A DNA stretch of 64,000 bases, taken from NCBI RefSeq assembly GCF_009914755.1, contig NC_060937.1; one strand, given 5' to 3'. The notes under the pieces were generated by a model that did no database searches, was not told where the DNA came from, and saw only the letters and a list, made by a program, of their open reading frames with translations. Origin of the DNA: the human T2T-CHM13v2.0 reference genome, Homo sapiens. Made by a program: the position numbers and the translations under genes. Below, piece after piece: positions 36,608-51,452 of the stretch. The first letter of the stretch is position 1. Each line of letters begins with the position of its first letter.

Positions 36608-37009
36608 ACTCCTATATTTTATGAGTTTTATAGTTTTAGCTTTTATATTAGGTCATTGATGCACTTTGTGTTAATTTTTATATATGGTGTGAGATGAGGT
36701 CTAACTTGGTTCTTTTGCGTGTGAATATCCAGTTATCATAGAACTATTTGTTAAAAAGACAATTTTCCCCACTGAACTGTATTGGTACCTTTGTTGAAAA
36801 TCAATAGACTATTCATAGGTTTATTTATGGATTCTTAATTCTATTCTATTGATCCACATGTCTATCCTTATTCCAATACCACAGTCTTGATTTCCATAGT
36901 TTTATAGCAAGGTTGAAATTGGAAGTGTGAGTCTTTCAACTTTATTCTTCTTTTGCCAGATTATTTTGACTGTTCTGGGTCCCTGCATTTCCATATACAT
37001 TTTACTTAA

Positions 37010-37152
37010 CTTATTTATTTTATTTGATTTTCGTAGAGATGGGGGTCTTGCTTTGTTGCCCAGGCTGGTCTCAAACTCCTGGCCTTGAGCGAGCCTCCCA
37101 CCTTGGCCTCCCGAAGTGTTGGGATTAAAGGCATGAGCTGCCACACCTGGCC
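37010..37152 (-). mobile_element. FLAM/Alu monomer
   Basis: Single antisense left-arm-like unit. Confidence 0.8.
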
Positions 37153-38131
37153 TCCATATTAATTTCAGTATCAGTTTATTAATTTCTGCAAAAAAGGTAG
37201 ATAGGATTTTTCACAGAGATTGCATTGAATTTATAGATCAGTTTTGTGAGTATTGCCATCTTAACAATATTAAGTCTTCCTTGCAATTCATGAGCAAGAA
37301 ATTTATTTAGGTCTTTAAATTAATTTTGGTCTTTAATTTTTTTCAACTATGTTTTGTAGTTTTCACAGTATAATTTTTGCATACTTTTGGTTAAATTCAT
37401 TCCTTTTTTGATGCTATTTTAAATGGAAGAGTTTTCTTAACTTTATTTTCAGATTTTTCATTGCTAGCATAGAAATACCATTTATTTTTGTATACTGATG
37501 TTGTATTCTGTACCCTTGCTGTACATATTTATTAATTCGATATTAATTCTAATAAGTTTTTTTTTTGCGAGGGTGGATGTGTGGATTCTATACACATCAT
37601 ATTATTTGTGAATAGGAATAATTTTACTTCTTCTTTTACAGTCTGAATGCCTTTTATTTCTTCCTCTTCCCTTCTTAACCTAGTTAGAACTTCCAGTACA
37701 GTATTAAAAAGAAGTGGTGAGGTGACACATCCTCATTCTGTTCCTGATCTTAGAGGAAAAACTTTCAGACTTTCACCATCAAATATGTTAGTTGTGGGAA
37801 TATTTTCTTTGTTAGCCAAATAAGCTCTTGACTTGTTTTCAAAACTTAATTTTTCCATTACCTGGATCTGGTTCTTATTCATGCTTGGGAACCTGTATCT
37901 GCTTTGGGCAATTTTTTTTTCATCATGGCACCAGCAGCTGTTCATTTTCACTGTAACTTTTATTATTAGTCTCTTCTGGAATGGAAGATCTAACTGTGTT
38001 TGGCTGCTGTTTCTTCACGAGCTCCTGGGATCTGGACTCCCCAAGTCAGAAGTGTAAGGTGTGAAGCTTTGTGGCTTGTTGTGAAGAGAAAGTCAGTGGT
38101 TTTGGGAAAAGAAATGGATCTCTTTACATAA

Positions 38132-38198
<67 letters not shown>
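38132..38198. repeat. (GT)n(GA)n(GT)n compound microsatellite
   Basis: Directly visible. Confidence 0.95.
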
Positions 38199-38199
<1 letters not shown>

Positions 38200-38319
38200 A
38201 GTGGGGGAGGGGGCGCGGGTAGTTTGTACTCCATAAGCTTCTTTTGGATAATGACTTAAGGGCAAATGGGCTGTGGACTCAGTCACAGTTTGGAGTTCTG
38301 GGAATGTTGAAAAAAGTAT

Positions 38320-39010
38320 TTTCAGAGTTTCCCAAGATATGTTTCAAGGAGAACAGTCCTAACTCGTTTTGCAAAAATTGCTGTTAAGGTCATATGTGCT
38401 TGAGAAATGCTGCATGCTATAGGCTCCACTTGGAGATTCATTATGCATATTAGTGCTTATATTACTTAGGGGCCAGTCTAAGTTCTGGATCAAAGACCCC
38501 AAGATACAGTGGCTCAAACAAGATGGAAGTTTCTTTCTAACAATCCAGAGATGATTAGTAGAAGGCTGAGTAGGTGGCTTTCTGGTCCAAAGTGGCTGCT
38601 CCTGCTCTTGTCATCACATTTACATCCCAGCCAGCAGAAAGGAGAAATGGCAAGTCAAACATAGGCTTATTTCTTTAAACAACATGACTAGAAGAGACAC
38701 CTCACTTCTGCTCACATCCCCTTATTCAGATCTTACATCCTCATTCCCAGCCGAAAGGGAGGCCAGGAAAAAGCATCTAGCTGGCATATATGTGTTCAGC
38801 TAAAATTTAAGAGTTTTATTATTAAAGAAAGAGGAAGAGAATGACTATTGGAGAACAACTAGTTATCTCTGCCACAGCATATTGAAGGCTTTGAGAAATC
38901 CTGCAGCTAAGAGATTTGGTCTGTTTTTGGTTTTTGTTTTGTTTGTTGATGAAAAAGCTACCAATAATCCAGAGTCATTAGTGTTCCTTGGAACATGCCT
39001 TGGGAAATGC
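38320..39010. mobile_element. Old hAT-Charlie-like MITE (MER103-like) interrupted by an MLT1-like LTR (~38460-38877)
   Basis: TTTCCCAA...TTGGGAAATGC terminal inverted motifs; internal segment ending TCTCTGCCACA; recalled similarity only. Confidence 0.45.
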
Positions 39011-39549
39011 TTTTATAGGTAACCTCAAGTCAGCGGGGTCTATTGCACTCCCCTTCCTCCAAGATCTGAGTGCTGAGACCATGGCCTTGCAAACTGCCTG
39101 ATTATTATTTGGAGAGTGTCAGCTAGTGGGCTTTTCTGGAACAGAACGAGACTGGATATTGTATATGGGAAGCTGGTAGAATATTGTGCATGCAAAGCTG
39201 GTATGTTTTTGAGTTTGGAAATTCTCTGTTCTAATTTCAGGGAGGAACAGTTAGAGCAAAACAAAATGACAAATACTGCACACACCCAAGAGTAAGAGGC
39301 TCTAGTGCCAGCCCAAATATTTATACACCAGCCAGCCTCCAGAATGGGACAGAAGAACCAATGAATACCTTTTCCCTGGGGGATCATGACAGAGGTAGGC
39401 TACATTGCATGTTCCACATGTGAGAGGCATGTCTGAAATGAGGAGCAGTAGAAGGGCGGCCATTGGCAATTAGTCAAGGTTGGGAATCCTGAGGAGGCTT
39501 CTCCATGGGAACATCCCCCTGGGTCTGGGCTGAGGAAAGGAGGAGAAAG

Positions 39550-39730
39550 TATGAGCTTTCAGGCTAGACAGGGTTCAAATCCCAGCTCTGCCTTGTAGTA
39601 GCTGGGTGACCTTGAGCAAGCTCTTTAACCTCTCAGAGGCTCTGTTTCCTCATTTGTAAAGTGTAGGTGTGAGTCACTGTCTCCTAGGGTCATTGCAATG
39701 ATCAAATATAGAAAAGAAAAAGTGTCTGGC
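39550..39730 (+). mobile_element. MIR
   Basis: GGGTTCAAATCCCAGCTCTGCC...GTGACCTTGAGCAAG...TCTGTTTCCTCATTTGTAAA core. Confidence 0.85.
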
Positions 39731-40424
39731 ACTCCTCCTCCTCCTTTTCATACCACAAGGACATTGGGCTCCTGTACCCAAGGTAAAATTAAGCTTTGCC
39801 TACAGTGGCTGCAGAGGGCAGTTCTAGCCCCATTGTTCCTTGTCTGATAGAAGAAAGTGGCAAATCTGGCCTAATGCAATCACAGCGAGGAAGGCAGAGA
39901 AAAAACACTGGGCAAAGGGGCAGGAGAGAGGGTGAAAGCCCCAGTCCTGCTGTGAACTGGATCCCTTCCCCTCTCTGGGCCTCAGATTCCTCCAAGTTAA
40001 TCGGACTAAATGGCCTGGGGTCTGTTCAGTTCATACAGTTGGTGGGCTCTGGCCTTATCCTCAGACTGCCAGCTCTTCTCTGAAAAATAGATGGAATTTT
40101 TCTTGAATTTTCAGTATGTGCAAGAAGCACGTACTTCTCCAAAATGCCTTCCTGTGTTAATTTATTTGACTAAGAAGGTTTGCAGTGACAGACACCAAAC
40201 AGGAAACGGCTGTCATAGCTGCTGTCTGCAAGTTTTGTTTTTTTTTAAGGCTTTCTCCTGCACAACTCACCTTCTCTTCATGGCTTGGTATCAAGTGCTG
40301 GGGTGAATGGAAGGGAAAGGGAAAGGGAAACACATTTTTAGAAGGGAACATTTTCCTTCAAGTTCAGGGTCTACTGAAGGTTAAGGAGTATGACTATCCA
40401 CAATGGCAGCGTTAGGTGGCTCCA

Positions 40425-40785
40425 TTGCAGGGCCTTTGCACACTCAGTTCCCTCTGCCTGGAATGTCCACTCTGCTCGGTTTTTCTAGTTAATTCTACTT
40501 CTTTAGGATCAGCTCAAGCATCACTTTCTCAGAGTCTTCCAGATCCGTCTAGATTGTTTGTTGGTGCTGTGTTCTTGTAGAACCTTCCTTCAGTGCACTC
40601 ATCTTGGTTTGCAATGGCATGTTCAGTAGTGTGATGTTTTGGTTAATGTCTCCCTACCCTCCTGTAACTGGACCATAAGCCCCACAAAGACAGGAGCCTT
40701 GTGGCTTGCCACCACATCTCTGGCAGCGAGCATGGTGCCTGGTACATAGTAAGCACTCAGTCCATGTCCATTGAATGAATGAGAA
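40425..40785 (+). mobile_element. L2 3' end
   Basis: CAGGGCCTTTGCAC...GTGCCTGGTACATAGTAAGCACTC...TTGAATGAATGA. Confidence 0.8.
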
Positions 40786-43056
40786 AACTCCCACCCCTTC
40801 CACAGCCCAGGTAGGCTGGCCACGACACAGTGTCTGTGGGATACATCTTGGCCTTGTCCCCTCGCCTGGTCAGCCTCGTCATGCAGGCCTTTTTTGCTTT
40901 CCATTCTCCAGGACTTTGTTTCCACTCTACCAAAGCATCTGATAAATTAATCCAGAGCCAACACTGGTGCCGGAGGCCCATGACAGCCCCTTCCCCAGCT
41001 ACTTATAACTAACTTGGGGAGCAGGGGCCTCTGAAGACTGCGAGAACTTTGAGGCCAAAAGGAATGAGTATCTAATGGTGGAACTTCAGGTACCCCAAAT
41101 GGCAGTAGAGGAAAAGGCTAACCCTGATCTTAACACTGTATCAATACCTTTTCTTGGAACTCAAAGACTCTAAGTCAGCCCCGTCTTCCAAGCCGCATTG
41201 AGGGCATTGTGCTAGCACACTGTGGGCACATGCATGTGTGTGTGTGTCTGTGTGTGCACACGTGTGCCTGTGTGTGTGTGTGTGATGAATTAGAGGGAAC
41301 AGAAGACAAAGACATTGGTCTTGATTGGCAGACCTATAGGAGAAGGCAGGGCCCCCAGATGATCTCATGTTGAACAACTCACCAGACTGTCCTGCTGGCA
41401 ACAGCACGACGGCCTCTGGAAGCTCGCCCTTGCTTGTCGACATTACAGAACAGGATTATGTTCCTAACTGGGGTTTCATGCAGCACATGGGAAGGGCCCA
41501 TTCCCTTGGGCTCCTGGGAGGTGTGTGACCTGCTGTCTTAGGCCCAGAGCCAAAGCCTGTTCTGGAACCAGAAGAGTCAGGGCTTGGCTGTGGCTTCGGA
41601 GCCAAAGGAAGCCCCCACCCAGCCAAGATCAGGTCTGGGAGGGGCAGGACCAGAATGTGACCCTTCCCTTGAGGGTATCTTGAAGGTGAGGCCTGGAGCT
41701 ACAGGAAGGAGGCCCTGAGAGCCCTAGGTGGGGAAGGGCGCAGCAGAATTACCCACTGTCAGAGGGGATTCTGAGGGAGGGCCTCCTGCTTCTTAGGAAA
41801 GCACGAGTGTAGAGTAAGTTCCTGGGATAACTTGGGCAGTAGAGAGGAATTTGGGAAACAGGATGGGTTTTTTGGGAGTTTTCTGGGAGGTAAGTAGACT
41901 TGAAGGAAAGCAAACTTAAAGCAGAATGGAGTTCAGGATCCTGGAAGGTAAGTTGGCAGCACATCTTCCAAAGATGAGAGCTGTTGGTGTCTGATACCAA
42001 TGCTGCCTCCAATGGGCTGATCCAAAAAAGCTCACTCTAGTTAAGCTGCCTCATTTCAGAGACAAGAAAACTGAGGCTGGGGCCGAAGGATTAAGTGATG
42101 AAACATTGCATCTCTCAAACAAAAACGTTTCAGGAAGGTGAAATCAGAGATGTGAATGTGCCATGGGGAAAATAGCTCCACAAACCCAAAATATAATCTG
42201 CCACCATAATCTCAAGGGGACCTAGGACCGATTGAGAGATTAGTTGTGTCCAGAAGGCTGTTCCCTTACCAAGCACGTGTGCACAGATAAGAGAGGTTAT
42301 ATAAGATGGGAGGCCAGGGAGCCAGGAGCATGCAGACAAGAAAAACATTAGTGCAGGGAGGTCACCTTGATCCGAGGAAGCCCATTGTGCTAAGATTAGA
42401 GCTGGCCCTCACAGAGGTTACAAAACAAATCAGGGTCACAGCCCTGTGGGTCCTAAGGCACACGGGAAAACAAAATCTGGAACCTTTAAACACTTTAAAA
42501 TCTGGATTGAGAAAGTGAAGAGATTGCTCCTCTCTGGCAGGCTGCTCACTGGAGGTTTTTCAAGCTGAGCCAGACTGCACACAATTGTTAGTAATTTGTG
42601 ATCCTGAGATACCAAATTAGTTAATTTTCCTGCATGTGAATTTTCCTTTTTTAATCCCACCTCATCTTTAGGTCCAGAATTCAGCTCCTGCTGTATTAAA
42701 TCCTGTTTTTAAAGGCAAACTGTTTTTTTCTCCTGGAAAAAAAAAAGAGATAGATGCATTAACATGATCTGAAAGGCCAGATTAGCATTTTCTCCTGATA
42801 ATTAAGATTCCGCACTAGACAATCACTACCTTATTTCTCCTAAGATGATAGACACCTGGCTTATGTTTCTTCCCTCGGAGATTAGACACTTGTTTTCTGA
42901 GTCTCTTACTGGCTGCACAATCCAAGAGAGACATGGAAAATGTGGAGATAGAGGGGTTGGGTAATAAGACCTCTTATTTCAAAGAGGACTGGGGTTTTGC
43001 AGGCTGGAGAACAAAAGACTGAATGGCAATTTAATGCTACTCAAAAAAGGTCACCT

Positions 43057-43348
43057 GGCAGGGTGCAGTGGCTCATGTCTGTAATCCTGGCACTTTGAGG
43101 GGGCTGAGGTGACAGGATTGCTTGAGACCAGGAGTTTGAGGGTAGTCTGGGAAACAAAGTGAGAACCCGTCCCTACAAAAAAATTAAAAAATTAGCTAGG
43201 TGTGGTGGTGTGCACCTGTAGCCCCAGCTACTCAGGAGGCTGAGGCAGGAGGATTGCTTCAGCCCAGGAGTTCGAGGCTACAATGAGCCATGGTGGTGTC
43301 ACTGCACTCCAACCTGGGCAACGGGCTCCCCATCTCAATAAAAAAAAT
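43057..43348 (+). mobile_element. AluJ
   Basis: Full dimer; TSD AAGGTCACCT. Confidence 0.9.
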
Positions 43349-45234
43349 AAGGTCACCTGCTTTTCATACCAAGCAAGGGACCCCAGGGTTAAGGGACAGC
43401 ACAGGACATTTAAGTTGGACACACTTATCTGGTGGGGAGTGTGTGGGAGTGTTGGGGTTTGCTTTCTCCTGTGGCTTTTTCATTTCAAAAGGATAGATTA
43501 TCATTTGCTCTAATGGGTGTAGGGAAGTCCCTTTCTGAAGGCAGAGGGTGGGCCTGGAGCCTGTAAGCTTTTCCTGTCCCGTGGCTGCTCCCTCCAGGTC
43601 TCTGTTCTTCACTGCCCCCCTCTTGAGCTCTTCTACTTTAAGGAACCAAATGCCACTTCCACGGTGGAACTGCGTGAGCTGGCGCCTCTATGCCCAGAGG
43701 CTGCAGGGCAGGCTAAAAAGAGAATGTGGCCTGGGATCACCTAACGTTGCCGTTTCAGCTCCATCTCATCAATGCAGTGGAACAAGGTGACTGTCAGTGA
43801 AATGTACCCTTTTCTGGGCAGCAAGATCACCTCAGAGCTCACACAAGTTTCTGAGGGCAAAGACATCCTGTCCTGGGATTTAAATAGACAAGTCTAGCAT
43901 TTAAGGAGCATGAGGTCATTTTCAAAGAGGGCGGCCTAAAGAGGGATGTTTATGTGAATGTGATGCCAAAGGAATCCACTCCAGCTTTTAGAGAAGCTCT
44001 GACCATCTCCTCATGGTGGGAATGCAATACCAATGGGTAACAGCACCATGCACGAGGTATTTCACGTGGGAGCTCTTATTTCATTCTCAGAGGAGCCCTG
44101 TGAGGCAGGCATTATTATCCCCAGGCAACAGATGAGGAGAGGAAGACTTGGGTCACAGTGGTGGTGAATGGCAGAGCCAGCCTGCACCTAGTTTCACTGC
44201 AGTTATGCACATGCTCTTTCTTTCATACTAGCAGCCCCCATGGAAAGATCTGGGTCAGCTGATCTCCTGCCATTCAGGCTCAAAGGTTGGCCTCTTTGGG
44301 ACTATGATCAGGCAGAAGTCTCAGAGCCTTGTACTTTGTCAATGAAATCCAGTGTTTTCCTTCATCTTCTAGCCAATGCCCGACAACCTCAGAAGGAACC
44401 AGGGTCAACGTCACCACAGTTAACACATGCCTTCCAAAAAAGGAGCTGGGTAAAGCACCAGGGCTCCCTCAGTTTCCCAGGCTGGGCCACGGGAAATGCA
44501 TAGAACCAGTTTCCTCAGGAGCTGAGCCACAGGGATAGCTGGTGTGGCAGCCACCCAGCTTGGTCCTCTAGATAGTTGAGTATCCTGGGAATAAGATTAA
44601 TGCCAGCTGAAGCCGTGGCTGCCTCATTTGTCTTCACATCGCCCCTCGTATCTCCTACATAGCACCTGTGTCATACCCTGCTTCCACCACGCCCAGACTA
44701 GCACACAACCTGTCTCCTCCGTTAGACCATGAGGTGTTGAAAGGTGTGGCTGGTGTGCCCACACCATGTTGCCAGGAACACGTGGTAGATAGAGGCTTGG
44801 ATGAACTGAGTTGAAAGGAGTTTGTGTTAGAAGCAGGTAAGAGGTGCTTCTTCCCTCTTTGCACAAACTTTGATCTTAAATTCCTGTGGTTAGAATATGA
44901 AATTAATGACTCCAGGTTTTTAAACTAGCTTGGAATAATGAGAATAAAGCTGGAGTAGGACCTAGCACAACTCCCTCAAATCCTGGCTTTGCTACTTTCT
45001 AAGATTTGGGCAAGTTATCTAACCTATTTCAACTTGAGTTTCTGGCATCAAATATGAGTCCTAGTTAATCTGAGTTTTAAGAGAAATGAATGAGATCACA
45101 AAGATGAAAACACTTGTAAACGGGAAATACAAGGTGAATAATTTTTTGTGTTGTGGAAAAAATATAATGAATAATCCAGTTGTCTTAGCAGTTCTAGAGT
45201 TTTGTTTTGTCTCATTTTATGACATAGCCCTCAA

Positions 45235-45235
<1 letters not shown>

Positions 45236-45275
<40 letters not shown>
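45236..45275. repeat. (AC)20 microsatellite
   Basis: Directly visible. Confidence 0.95.
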
Positions 45276-45277
<2 letters not shown>

Positions 45278-45862
45278 GTAACTACCTAAATCAAAATATA
45301 GAATATTAGTACCATCAGAGGCTCATTTTGGGGCCCTTCATAGTCAATATCCCCCAAAAGTAACCCTAGATTTGACTTTCCTGTTCTTGCATTTGGGATT
45401 TTACCTGAAACCTCTTCTTTGTTTGGGGTTTCCCCAACATCCCAGCTCCTCCTCCCCTGCCTTCCAGTTCTGCAATGCCCCCTGGGTTCTCCCACTCAAG
45501 AGAGGTTACACCGTGAGATGATGGCCACGAGGCCAGCCTCAGGGCCCACAGACCGTGGAGGAGCCCAAGGCTGGAAGCCACTCCCCGCCTCTCAGGCTGG
45601 ATGTACCTCACAGGCCTCTGTTACCACATTTCCATAACTTCACACCCATCTGCCTCAGAGTCATTCTCTCCCACCAGCCTGTGAGCTTCCTGAGGACATG
45701 GATCATGTTCTATCCATTCTACATTCCTTGATCCCTGCCGCAGAGCAGGTGTTTGCGTAACCCACCTGAGTTGTAGAGTTTGGTATAGGACAGGATATCA
45801 AATTTGGCAGGTACCAAATTCATTACCCAAATCACTAATAAGGTAACGAATTCACCTTCTTA

Positions 45863-46000
45863 GCTGAGCTCAGTGGCTCGTGCCTGTAATCCCAATAATT
45901 TGGGAGACTGAGGTGGGAGCAACACTTGAGGCCAGGAGTTCACGACTAGCCTGGGCAACATAACAACACTCCATTTCTATAAAGAAATGAAATAAAAAAG
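45863..46000 (+). mobile_element. FLAM/Alu monomer
   Basis: CAGTGGCTCGTGCCTGTAATCCC...AGCCTGGGCAACA followed by an A-rich tail. Confidence 0.8.
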
Positions 46001-46834
46001 AATTAACCTCTAGGGAGTTTGCCTTTTCAGCACCAAAACATGGAGAAAGTTTCCAAGGTTCTTGCAACCGGGGAAACTAACTTGCAAAATATCACCCTCT
46101 CCTTCAGTGGGAGACATCCCAAGGATACAAAAATAGCTTTTAAATGTGTGCAATTATTTATTAATTTTTTTAAATGACAAAATGTCAAGGAGCCCCAAAG
46201 CCAGCAGCCAACGTTGCACAACCCAGGTTGCTAGGAGTGGCACTGCTGCTGGGACAGTTGAGGCAAGAACCTTGAAAACTGTCTTCATGTTCTGTTGCTG
46301 AAAAGACAAACACCCAGGAGGTGGATCCCTGAGCCAGCAGCATGACTGACCCAGCGACTCCTCAGCTGCACACAATTGGACAAGAAGCAGGCCTGGCACT
46401 TCTTATGTCCTATGCAGGTTTTGCTTGGCCAGCTTGGTAGATGGGGTTTTACAGGGAGAGCGGCCAAGCTGGTTCTGTGCCTTCTCTGTTTTTTCCACCT
46501 TTGACCCAGCATTAACTCTAGGAGATTTCCCCTCCCCCAGCTACTCACTAGCCCAGCTCAGCCCCATTGGTAAAAATGTGGAGCTGTCACCAAGTCCATC
46601 ACCATCTCCCCTTGCTTCCACCTTCCTGTCCTGTCTCAAGTCCACGTGTTCTCTCCATCCCAGCCACTCCTGCCTTAGCTCAGCTCCGGGTTAAGTCTCA
46701 CCTGGGTCACCAGTCTCTGTTCTTCTCACTGCTGAATCCGCTGATGACATCACCACCAGTGTGACACCTGATGGCCTCACCATCACTTGCTTAAAACCAT
46801 TCCATGCTTTCCCATGGGCTTAAAGATAGATTTT

Positions 46835-47720
46835 AAAACAACAGCTTCACTGAATATCTTCATTAATATATAATTCAAATATCACAGAGTCCACTCTTGA
46901 AAAGTACAATTCAGGCCGGGTATGGTGGCTCACGCCTGTAATCCCAGCACTTTGGGAAGCCTAGGTGGGTGGATTGCGTGAGTCCAGGAATTCGAGACCA
47001 GCCTTGGCAACATGGGGAAACCCCGTCTCTACAAAAAATACAAAAGTTAGCCGGGCGTGGTCATGCACGCATGTAGTCCCAGCTACTCAGGTGGCTGAGG
47101 TGGGAGGATGGCATGAACTTGGGAGTCTAGGCCATTGTAAGCTGAGATCACACCACTGTACTCCAGCCTGGGTGACAGAGAGAGAGAGACCCTGTCTCAA
47201 AAAGAAAAGTATACAATTCTGTTGTCTTTAGTGTAGTCACTTGGTTGTATAATCGTCATCACTAGCTAACTCCACGTTTTCACCACGTCAAAAAAGAAAC
47301 CCTTCATCCATTAGCACTCACTCCCCAATCTGCCTTCCCCCCAGCCCCAGACAACCACGAATCTACTTCTCCCTCTACGGGTTTGCCTATTCTGCATATT
47401 TTATATTAGTGGAATCACACAATATGCAGTCTTTTGTGTCTGGTTTCTTTCATTTAGCACAATGTTTTCAAGGCTGGTCTGGGCTATAACATGTATCCGT
47501 ATTTTATTCCTTTTCATGGCTAATTGGCATTTCATGGTGTTGCTATGCCACATTTTGTTTATCCATTCATCAGCTGATGAACATTTTGGTTGTTTCTGCT
47601 TTTTGGTGATTATGAATAGTTCTGCCATGAACACTTGTGTACAGGTTTTTGTGGGGGCCTACGTTTTCGTTTGTTTTGTGTAACTATCTAGGAGTGGAGT
47701 TTCTGGGTATCTTATGGTGT
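46835..47720 (-). mobile_element. L1MB 3' end containing a sense Alu (~46914-47210)
   Basis: Antisense L1M 3'UTR sequence; Alu flanked by AAAAGTA(TA)CAATTC TSD-like sequence. Confidence 0.8.
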
Positions 47721-48664
47721 TTAAGGATCCATTTCAACGCCTTACTGTGAGGCCAGGGCCCTGCCCATTCAGAGCCTGCCACGCCCTGGCCCAGACTCCA
47801 CTCCTGTCTTGCCAGAGCAGATGACTGCAACACTCAGAACATACCACACCCGACACTTCCTGCCATCCACCCCCTCTGCATGGCCTGCCTCTCTCCAGCC
47901 TCTGCACCTGGATAACTCCTTCAAAGCTCAGTTCAGGCATCACCACTAACAGGGAATTCTCCAGTGAACAAAACAAAATCCCTGCTCTTGTGGAACTCTT
48001 GTTGGAGAGAAGTGAAATAGGTAAAAAGAAATAAAAGTATGTATTAACAGGCATACATGTTATGCACCCAACTGTTTACCAAAAATTTAAGCTTCCCTTT
48101 CCACAGTGTGGAATTGTTGCTATCCCAACAGGAATAAGGTTTCTATTTTCCAGCCTTCTTTCTATCTGGATGTGACCACGTCATGAATTCTTGTTAGTGG
48201 GATGGAAGTAGAGAGATGTGTGTCACTTCTGGGATTGGGCTTTTAAGAAGTGGGTGGGTTTTTGCCATACTCTCTCTTCTATTCTGCAGTTTGGGTGCAG
48301 GGGACTTTGAGGCACTAGGAATGGCAGGTCTGCAGGATGGCAGGAGCCTGAGTGCCTGAATCACCACATGGAAGCCACCCATATGCTCACCAGGAGCACC
48401 ACATCAGGCTGATGGAGGATGAGGATCCAACTCCTATTGTCTTGGGCCACTGAAGTGTTGAGTTCCTTTCTGAAGGCAGTTAGTGTTTCCCTCATACAAT
48501 TAAAAATGAAAGGATTTTTCCATCAGGTAGTCAGACATAGTTCATCTTTTCTGGAGCAGAAAAGAGGATGTGAACTTTTACTTGCTTCCTGCTTTGGTGC
48601 CTTTTGTGTGAGGGTCTGCTAAGTCAACCCTGAAAAATTTTCCACCTGTCAAAAATATTCCCAA

Positions 48665-48965
48665 GCCCGGTGCGGTGGCTCACGTCTCTAATCCCAGCAC
48701 TTTGGGAGGTCGAGGCTGGCAGATTGCTTGAGCTCAGGAGTTCAAGACTGGCCTGAGCAACATGGCAAAACCCTGTCTCTACCAGAAAATACAAAAATAC
48801 AAACATTAGCCAGATGTGGTAGTGCACATCTGTAGCCCAGCTACTGGGAAGGCTGAGATGAGAGAATTCCTTGAACTCAGGAGGTCGAGGCTGCAGTGAG
48901 CCATGATGGCATCACTGTACTCCAGCCTGGGCAACACAGTGACACCCTGTCTCAAAAAAAAAAAT
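48665..48965 (+). mobile_element. AluJ
   Basis: Full dimer with poly-A tail. Confidence 0.88.
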
Positions 48966-51088
48966 TCTCAAGGTACCCTCAGCAGATCCAGTCAAACGAG
49001 AGGAAGCATGGATTTTTGGGAAGGGGAGAGAAATGGGGTTTCTGCCTTTTATAGTAATGACCCCCTCCCACCAGTTCCCAAGTCTCCTCACCTAAACATA
49101 TACAATTTACTCATGTAACTGTCTGCAGGCCGAGACATATTTTCTACACCAGAGTTTTGGAAATGAGCTCTCAAACCCTGTGATAGCAGAGCTCTAGGTA
49201 AATGAAAACATGGCCTGTGCCCCAGGCCTGCTGTTCTCTCCTTGAAGCTCATCTCTGCACATTGCGCATGTTCAACTTGCTGAGCAGGAAAAGAAGATCC
49301 CAGGTGGAGACACGGGAGGGGGTTACATCTCACTCGAGAGCACAGCGTCCCCACTCTCACCTTAATTGGCTCTGCTCTGCTCAAATTCTCTCCTCACAGC
49401 CTCTTTGCCTCCTCTTTATTCCCTCCTCCCCTCCCCTTCCCTGGTCCCACCTGTTCATCTCGGCCTCATGCCTCTTCAGGAAGTTGCCTCTGCCCAGTGT
49501 GGGACCCCCTCTTTTGGATCTCTCCCTCCTTTTTTCATATACAAAGCATCAGTATTTCCATTTTACCCCCTTAATCCTAGTTACACAAATTAACTTTCTC
49601 TGAATCCACCCTTAAACAAAGTAGAGCAAGGGCGTTATAAATAACCATAAGGTTGTTTATCCTAGCAGGAACTCAAAAAATGCCTATTTTCATTCTTTCT
49701 TTCTGTCTTTTACATGCCCAAAACATCTGCCACAGTATAAACAGTCAACACATCCTTATCAAATGCAACCAAGGGGCTTTGGAAATATATTGGAAACACA
49801 TTGAATGTACCAAAAGAAGGCACAATTTAAGGTGGAGTTGTGATGGCAACTAGCATCTTATTCAGTTGCATGAAAGATTTTAAGTTGATTCAACCAAGGA
49901 TGCAGAAGGAAAGAGCTGCTTTGCACCACGTGGTGGCATCTAACAGATACCAACAGGTGTTCCTGGCTTATCGCTAGGTGATTGTGGTTTCGCATTTAAG
50001 TTCACGGGCCACCAACACCTGCGATTTTGCATATTCCTGCTCAGACCACAAAAATCTTTATTATAACGTTTGAGTACCCTGGAGTGGATAACTCCAAACT
50101 GACCCAAACACCGTCCTTCCATCTTCAAGGTGAGTCCAGTCTTTTAAGCGTTTTAAATTCTGTAGACATGAGACGTGTGATGCAGGGTGCCTGCTCCTTA
50201 GAGTTCACAAGGATTGGGTATCTTCCAGCTTGGAGATAATAGTTTTCCCATCAAGTTGTCGTTACTATTATTATTCTTTTATCATTTTTTTTTAGAGACA
50301 GGGTCTCGCTGTGTCACCCAGGCTGGATTGCAGTGGTGCAATCATAACTCATTGCAGCCTCGAACTCTTGGACTCAAGCAATCCTCCTGCCACGGCCCCT
50401 CATCATTATAGCCAAACTTTATTGAGCATTACGATGTGGCAGGCACTGTCCTAAGCACTTTGAGATTTTATCTCACAATATCCACGCAACTGTCCTAGGA
50501 GGTAGCTACTATTGTTGTCCCTATTTTACCAAGGAGGAACCTGAGGAGTTAATCCATTTGTCTAAGGTCACTTGGTAAGTAAAAATTGGAAGACAGGCTT
50601 CCAGGTCTATCAGACTCCAAAGATCTGCACTCTGAACCCCCGTGTTTCTCAGCAGGTGGAACACCTGACTTTTATGAGTGACACAAGTATAAAGTTGGAA
50701 TGCAAATCATTACTCTGGTGCATCCCTGGGCCCCCAGCAGTATGGCTGGTTTGGTTCAGGGCCTTTGTTGAAGGTTCAGGTCTGCTTCGCAGATGGCTTG
50801 AAAAGGAGGATGAAGAGGAAGGGGAGGAAGAGGAGGAGAAGTAAGTTGCTTTTAGGCTGTATTTAGCATATTCTAAGGCAATTAGTGAATGCTCTTTTTT
50901 GTGTTTCAGATGAATGGTGGCCCCTTCAGTGATGATAGAATCCACCAGTCTCCCATTTAGAAGGAACCTAACAACATGTAGTTGAGGCTTCTGCCTCCAG
51001 GAAAGATTGGAGAGATGACCCTCCAGACCTGTTTCCTTATCACTACAAATGGGCTTAGGGGTGCAGGCAGACCGATGGCCTTGAGGCC

Positions 51089-51452
51089 TGTATTAGTCCA
51101 TTTTCATACTGCTGTGAAGAAATACCTGAGACTAGGTAATTTATAAAGAAAAAGAGGTTTAATGGGCTCACAGTTTCACATGGCTAAGGAGGCCTCACAA
51201 TCATGGCGGAAGGCAAAGGAGGAGCAAAGGCACACCTTACATAGTGGCAGGCAAGAGAGCATGTGTAGGGAAATTGCCTTTTAAAAAACCATCAGCTCTC
51301 GTGAGACTTATTCACTATCATGAGAACAGCATGGGAAAAACCCTCCCCCATGATTCAATTACTTCCCACCAGATCCCTCCCATGACACGTGGGGATTATG
51401 GGAGCTACAATTCAAGATGAGATTTGGGTGGGGACACAGCCAAATCATATCA
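51089..51452 (-). mobile_element. THE1 (MaLR) solo LTR
   Basis: TGTATTAGTCC...GGGGACACAGCCAAATCATATCA; 5-bp TSD AGGCC on both sides. Confidence 0.93.
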